From NCBI GenBank assembly GCA_050015075.1, contig JBEKCB010000042.1, positions 1 to 27,674 on the forward strand: a stretch of DNA of 27,674 nucleotides, in the 5' to 3' direction. Positions 24,618 through 27,674 of the stretch are shown here, piece after piece. Below the pieces are notes generated by a model, which did no database searches, had not been told where the DNA came from, and saw nothing but the letters and a program-made list of their open reading frames with translations. The stretch is from Candidatus Brocadiia bacterium. Its GTDB lineage: Bacteria; Planctomycetota; Brocadiia; CAIUPP01. The position numbers and the translations under genes are program-made. Within the stretch, counting starts at the first letter, position 1, and each line of letters starts with the position of its first letter.

Positions 24618-26060
24618 ATGACGGAGTTCCGCACGGAAAAGGACCTTCTCGGCGAGCGGCCGGTTCCTGCCGGCGCGCTGCATGGCGTGCACACCGAGCG
24701 CGCGCTGGAGAATTTTCCGCTGGCGCTGAGGCGCGTGAACCCGGCGCTCATCCGCGCTTACGGCGCCGTCAAGCTCGCCTGCGCGCGGACGAACCACGAA
24801 CTCGGCTGGTGGGACGATGCCAAGGCGCGCGCCATCGAACAGGCCTGCTCGGAAATGATGGAAGGCCAGCTTGACGGCCATGTCGTCGTGGACGCGCTGC
24901 AGGGCGGCGCGGGGACTTCGACGAACATGAACGTCAACGAGGTCCTCGCGAACCGCGCGCTGCAGCTCCTCGGGAAGCCGCTCGGCGACTACGCCGCGGT
25001 CTCGCCGCTGGAGGACCTGAACCTCCACCAGTCCACGAACGACACGTACCCGACGGCGCTGAAGGCGGCGGCGATCCAGCTTCTCCGCGCGCTCGAGCGC
25101 GAGGTCACCGGCCTCTTCGAGGAATTCCAGCAGAAGGAGAAGGCGTTCGCGCACGTCGTCAAGGTCGGCCGGACGGAGATGCAGGACGCGGTGCTGGTGA
25201 CGCTCGGGCGCGAGATGTCGGCCTACGCCGAGGCGTTCGCGCGGGACCGCTGGCGCATCTACAAGTGCGAGGAGCGGCTGCGCGTGATCAACCTCGGCGG
25301 CACGGCGGTCGGCACGGGCCTGCTGGCGCCGCGCGAGTATATCTTCCGCGCCGTCGAACACCTGCGCGACATCACCGGCCTGGGGTTCGCCCGCGCGGAG
25401 AACCTGGTCGAGGCCACGCAGAACGCCGACGTGTTCGTCGAGGTCAGCGGCATCCTCAAAGCGTGCGCCGTGAACCTGCTCAAGATCGCGTCCGACATCC
25501 GGCTTCTTTCCTCGGGGCCGGACGCGGGGATCGGCGAGCTGCGGATTCCCGAGCGGCAGGCCGGCTCCTCGATCATGCCCGGAAAGGTCAACCCGGTCAT
25601 CCCGGAGGCCGTCTCGCAGGCGGCGATGGCGGTGATGGCCAACGACCAGGCCATCGCGCAGGCGTGCTCGCTCGGCAGCCTGGAGCTGAACCCGTTCCTG
25701 CCGCTGGTCGCCGACGCTTTGCTCGGCAGCCTGGACCTGCTGCGGAACGCCTGCTCGATCTTCCGGCGATTCTGCGTCGCCGGACTCGAGGCGGACGAAA
25801 CGCGCTGCCGCCGCAACGTCGAGGGCGCCACCGCCGTCCTCACTGCGCTGGCCGAGCGGATCGGGCACCAGGCCGCGACCGAAGTCGCCTGCGCCGCGCG
25901 CGAAAACGGAAAGAGCGTCCGCGAAATAGTGATCGAACGCGGCTTGGTCAGCGGACCGGAATTCGACCAGCTCATTTCCCCGGAACGCGTCATGCGGCTG
26001 GGGCATCCACTGGGGAAACAGCAGAAACCGGAAGATGGAACCACAGATAAACACAGATGA
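24618..26060 (+). CDS. aspA: Aspartate ammonia-lyase
   Basis: QGGAGTSTNMNVNEV, QSTNDTYPTA, KVGRTEMQDA and the fumarate-lyase signature GSSIMPGKVNP. Confidence 0.92.
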   Translation: MTEFRTEKDLLGERPVPAGALHGVHTERALENFPLALRRVNPALIRAYGAVKLACARTNHELGWWDDAKARAIEQACSEMMEGQLDGHVVVDALQGGAGTSTNMNVNEVLANRALQLLGKPLGDYAAVSPLEDLNLHQSTNDTYPTALKAAAIQLLRALEREVTGLFEEFQQKEKAFAHVVKVGRTEMQDAVLVTLGREMSAYAEAFARDRWRIYKCEERLRVINLGGTAVGTGLLAPREYIFRAVEHLRDITGLGFARAENLVEATQNADVFVEVSGILKACAVNLLKIASDIRLLSSGPDAGIGELRIPERQAGSSIMPGKVNPVIPEAVSQAAMAVMANDQAIAQACSLGSLELNPFLPLVADALLGSLDLLRNACSIFRRFCVAGLEADETRCRRNVEGATAVLTALAERIGHQAATEVACAARENGKSVREIVIERGLVSGPEFDQLISPERVMRLGHPLGKQQKPEDGTTDKHR

Positions 26061-26148
26061 ACACAGATGAAAGAAATTCGCTGAAACGGAAGTCCAAGCC
26101 GCCGTCTGGTCTTATGTGTGTTCATCTTATCTGTGTACATCTGTGGTT
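26039..26148. repeat. Palindromic ACACAGAT-type interspersed element
   Basis: Left arm AACCACAGATAAACACAGATGAACACAGAT and right arm ATGTGTGTTCATCTTATCTGTGTACATCTGTGGTT; AT-rich in a GC-rich context. Confidence 0.85.
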
Positions 26149-26175
26149 ACAAACTTTCGTTGGTTGGCATGTAGC

Positions 26176-27426
26176 GTGAGAGGCACCCCCAAAAGTTTTC
26201 GGCTGCACATCGGCATCTTCGGCCGGCGCAACGTCGGTAAGTCGTCGCTGCTGAACAGCCTGACGCGGCAGAACGTCTCGATCGTCTCCGACGTGGCCGG
26301 CACGACCACCGACCCGGTCGAGAAGCCGATGGAGCTGCTGCCGATCGGGCCGGTGCTGTTCATTGACACGGCGGGCATTGACGACGCCGGCGCGCTGGGC
26401 GAGCTGCGCGTGCAGCGGACGCGGCAGGTCTTCGACCGGACCGACCTCGGCCTGATCGTCACCGAGGCCGCGACGTGGGGCACGTTCGAAGAGGGCATTC
26501 TGGCCGAACTGGCGGCGCGGAAAACGCCGGTCGTTGTCGTGTTCAACAAGACGGACCTCGCGGAGCCGGATCCGAAGGCGGTCGCCGAGTTGAAGTCGCG
26601 GAAAATCCCCTGGGTCGCGACGGTCGCCTGCTCGGGGAAAGGCGTCCTGGACCTGCGCGAGGCGCTGATCCGCGCGGCGCCGGAGGATTTCATCAACGCG
26701 CCCTCGATCCTCGGCGACCTCGTCCCGCCCGGCGAGCTGGTGGTGCTGGTCGTGCCGATTGACCTCGAAGCGCCCAAAGGCCGGCTGATCCTGCCGCAGG
26801 TCAACGCCATCCGCGACGTGCTCGACAACGACGCGTACTGCGTCGTCGTCAAAGAGCGCGAACTGCGCGACGCGCTCGACCGGCTCAAGCGCCCGCCCGC
26901 GCTCGTCGTGACCGACTCGCAGGGCTTCCTGAAAGTCGCCGGGGACACGCCGAAGGACATCCCGCTGACCTCTTTCTCCATCGTGTTCGCCCGGTACAAG
27001 GGCGACCTGGCCGAATTCGTCCGCGGTGCGCTGGCCATCGAGGAGCTGCATCCGGACGACAAGGTCCTCATCGCCGAGGCGTGCTCGCACCACCCGATCG
27101 GCGAGGACATCGGCCGCGTGAAAATCCCGCGCTGGCTGATGCAGTACGTCGGCGGCAAGCTCGACGTCCGCAGCGTGCAGGGGCACGATTTCCCCGACGA
27201 CCTGGCCCCGTACAAGCTGATCGTGCACTGCGGCGGGTGCATGTGGAACCGGCGCGAGATGCTCACGCGCATTCTCCGCTGCCGGCAGGCGGGCGTGCCG
27301 ATCACCAACTACGGCATGACGATCGCGTATTCGCTGGGTATCTTCGAGCGCGCGCTCGCGCCCTTCCCCGGCGCGCTGGAAACCTATCAGCGGTTGAGGG
27401 GGAAATCCGCGGTTGAAACCCGTTGA
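26176..27426 (+). CDS. hydF: [FeFe]-hydrogenase H-cluster maturation GTPase HydF
   Basis: GRRNVGKSS, GTTTDPV, DTAG, NKTD, APKGRLILPQ, ACSHH and HCGGCM. GTG start inferred; RBS weak. Confidence 0.95.
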   Translation: MRGTPKSFRLHIGIFGRRNVGKSSLLNSLTRQNVSIVSDVAGTTTDPVEKPMELLPIGPVLFIDTAGIDDAGALGELRVQRTRQVFDRTDLGLIVTEAATWGTFEEGILAELAARKTPVVVVFNKTDLAEPDPKAVAELKSRKIPWVATVACSGKGVLDLREALIRAAPEDFINAPSILGDLVPPGELVVLVVPIDLEAPKGRLILPQVNAIRDVLDNDAYCVVVKERELRDALDRLKRPPALVVTDSQGFLKVAGDTPKDIPLTSFSIVFARYKGDLAEFVRGALAIEELHPDDKVLIAEACSHHPIGEDIGRVKIPRWLMQYVGGKLDVRSVQGHDFPDDLAPYKLIVHCGGCMWNRREMLTRILRCRQAGVPITNYGMTIAYSLGIFERALAPFPGALETYQRLRGKSAVETR

Positions 27427-27451
27427 TTTCCCGCGGCCCCGGTGATAGGCT

Positions 27452-27575
27452 CTAGTGTGGCGTCCAGAAAATCAGCTGCGCAAAGTTCGGTCATTCCGAG
27501 CGGAGCGAGGAATCTCATACGCCGCGCGCCGGCAACGATTCAGAGTGTGAGATGCTTCGCTGCGCTCAGTTATGA
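27452..27575. mobile_element. MITE/REP-like element, sibling of 12255-12491
   Basis: CTAGTGTGGCGTCCAGAAAATCAG..., then GTCATTCCGAGCGGAGCGAGGAATCTC...GAGATGCTTCGCTGCGCTCAGTTATGA. GTCATTCC lies 38 bp from the left end in both copies. Right terminal repeat not found. Confidence 0.7.
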
Positions 27576-27647
27576 TGAAGGCCGTTCCTCCTGCGAAGGA
27601 GTACAATCCTTCGCGGCAGAAACATTTCTCTGATAGGAGGAACGGCC

Positions 27648-27674
27648 ATGAGTCATCGTACTTGGAAGTTGGGG
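27648..27674 (+). CDS. 5' fragment of a CDS running off the right edge (partial)
   Basis: AGGAGG-N7-ATG; MSHRTWKLG, open to the edge. Confidence 0.6.

Noticed and set aside
26116-26175. N-terminal extension of HydF from the ORF track
   Set aside because: It derives partly from the repeat's right arm; HydF-like sequence begins at RGTPKSFRLHI.
27593-27614. Hairpin GCGAAGGA-GTACAA-TCCTTCGC as hyd operon terminator or riboswitch
   Set aside because: No U-tract follows and no aptamer is recognisable; left unassigned.
27442-27633. 63-aa ORF
   Set aside because: It is a translation of the palindromic repeat element (VIPSGARNL...RCFAALS).

Overview
GC-rich bacterial window, probably an anaerobic Planctomycetota-like organism (inferred from tandem CxC/CxxC zinc-ribbon membrane proteins and the repeat families; not certain). 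It holds about 24 complete CDS and two partial ones at the edges. Left half: zinc-ribbon membrane protein; a yjbQ-CPBP protease-tyrS-Gfo/Idh/MocA-TPR lipoprotein-sugar transferase run, with a ~0.4 kb insert bounded by an 81-bp duplication at the yjbQ/CPBP junction; then minus-strand ogt, a metallophosphoesterase-PHP fusion, an SDR/epimerase, a beta-carbonic-anhydrase-like gene, flotillin, NfeD-like and a secreted protein. Middle: a divergent radical SAM enzyme resembling the tetraether lipid synthase (Tes/GDGT-MAS, COG1964) family. Right half: a putative H2/redox-sensing and H-cluster maturation operon: sigma70 promoter with two tandem Rex-like boxes, rex, a sensory [FeFe]-hydrogenase-like domain fused to a histidine kinase, a REC-histidine kinase, hydE, hydG, aspA and hydF. 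No catalytic hydrogenase or DNA-binding response regulator lies in the window. Several palindromic MITE/REP-like elements sit between genes, one of them nested and one supplying the aspA C-terminus. No rRNA, tRNA, CRISPR array, integrase or transposase was seen. All family calls are from motif recognition only; no database searches were run.
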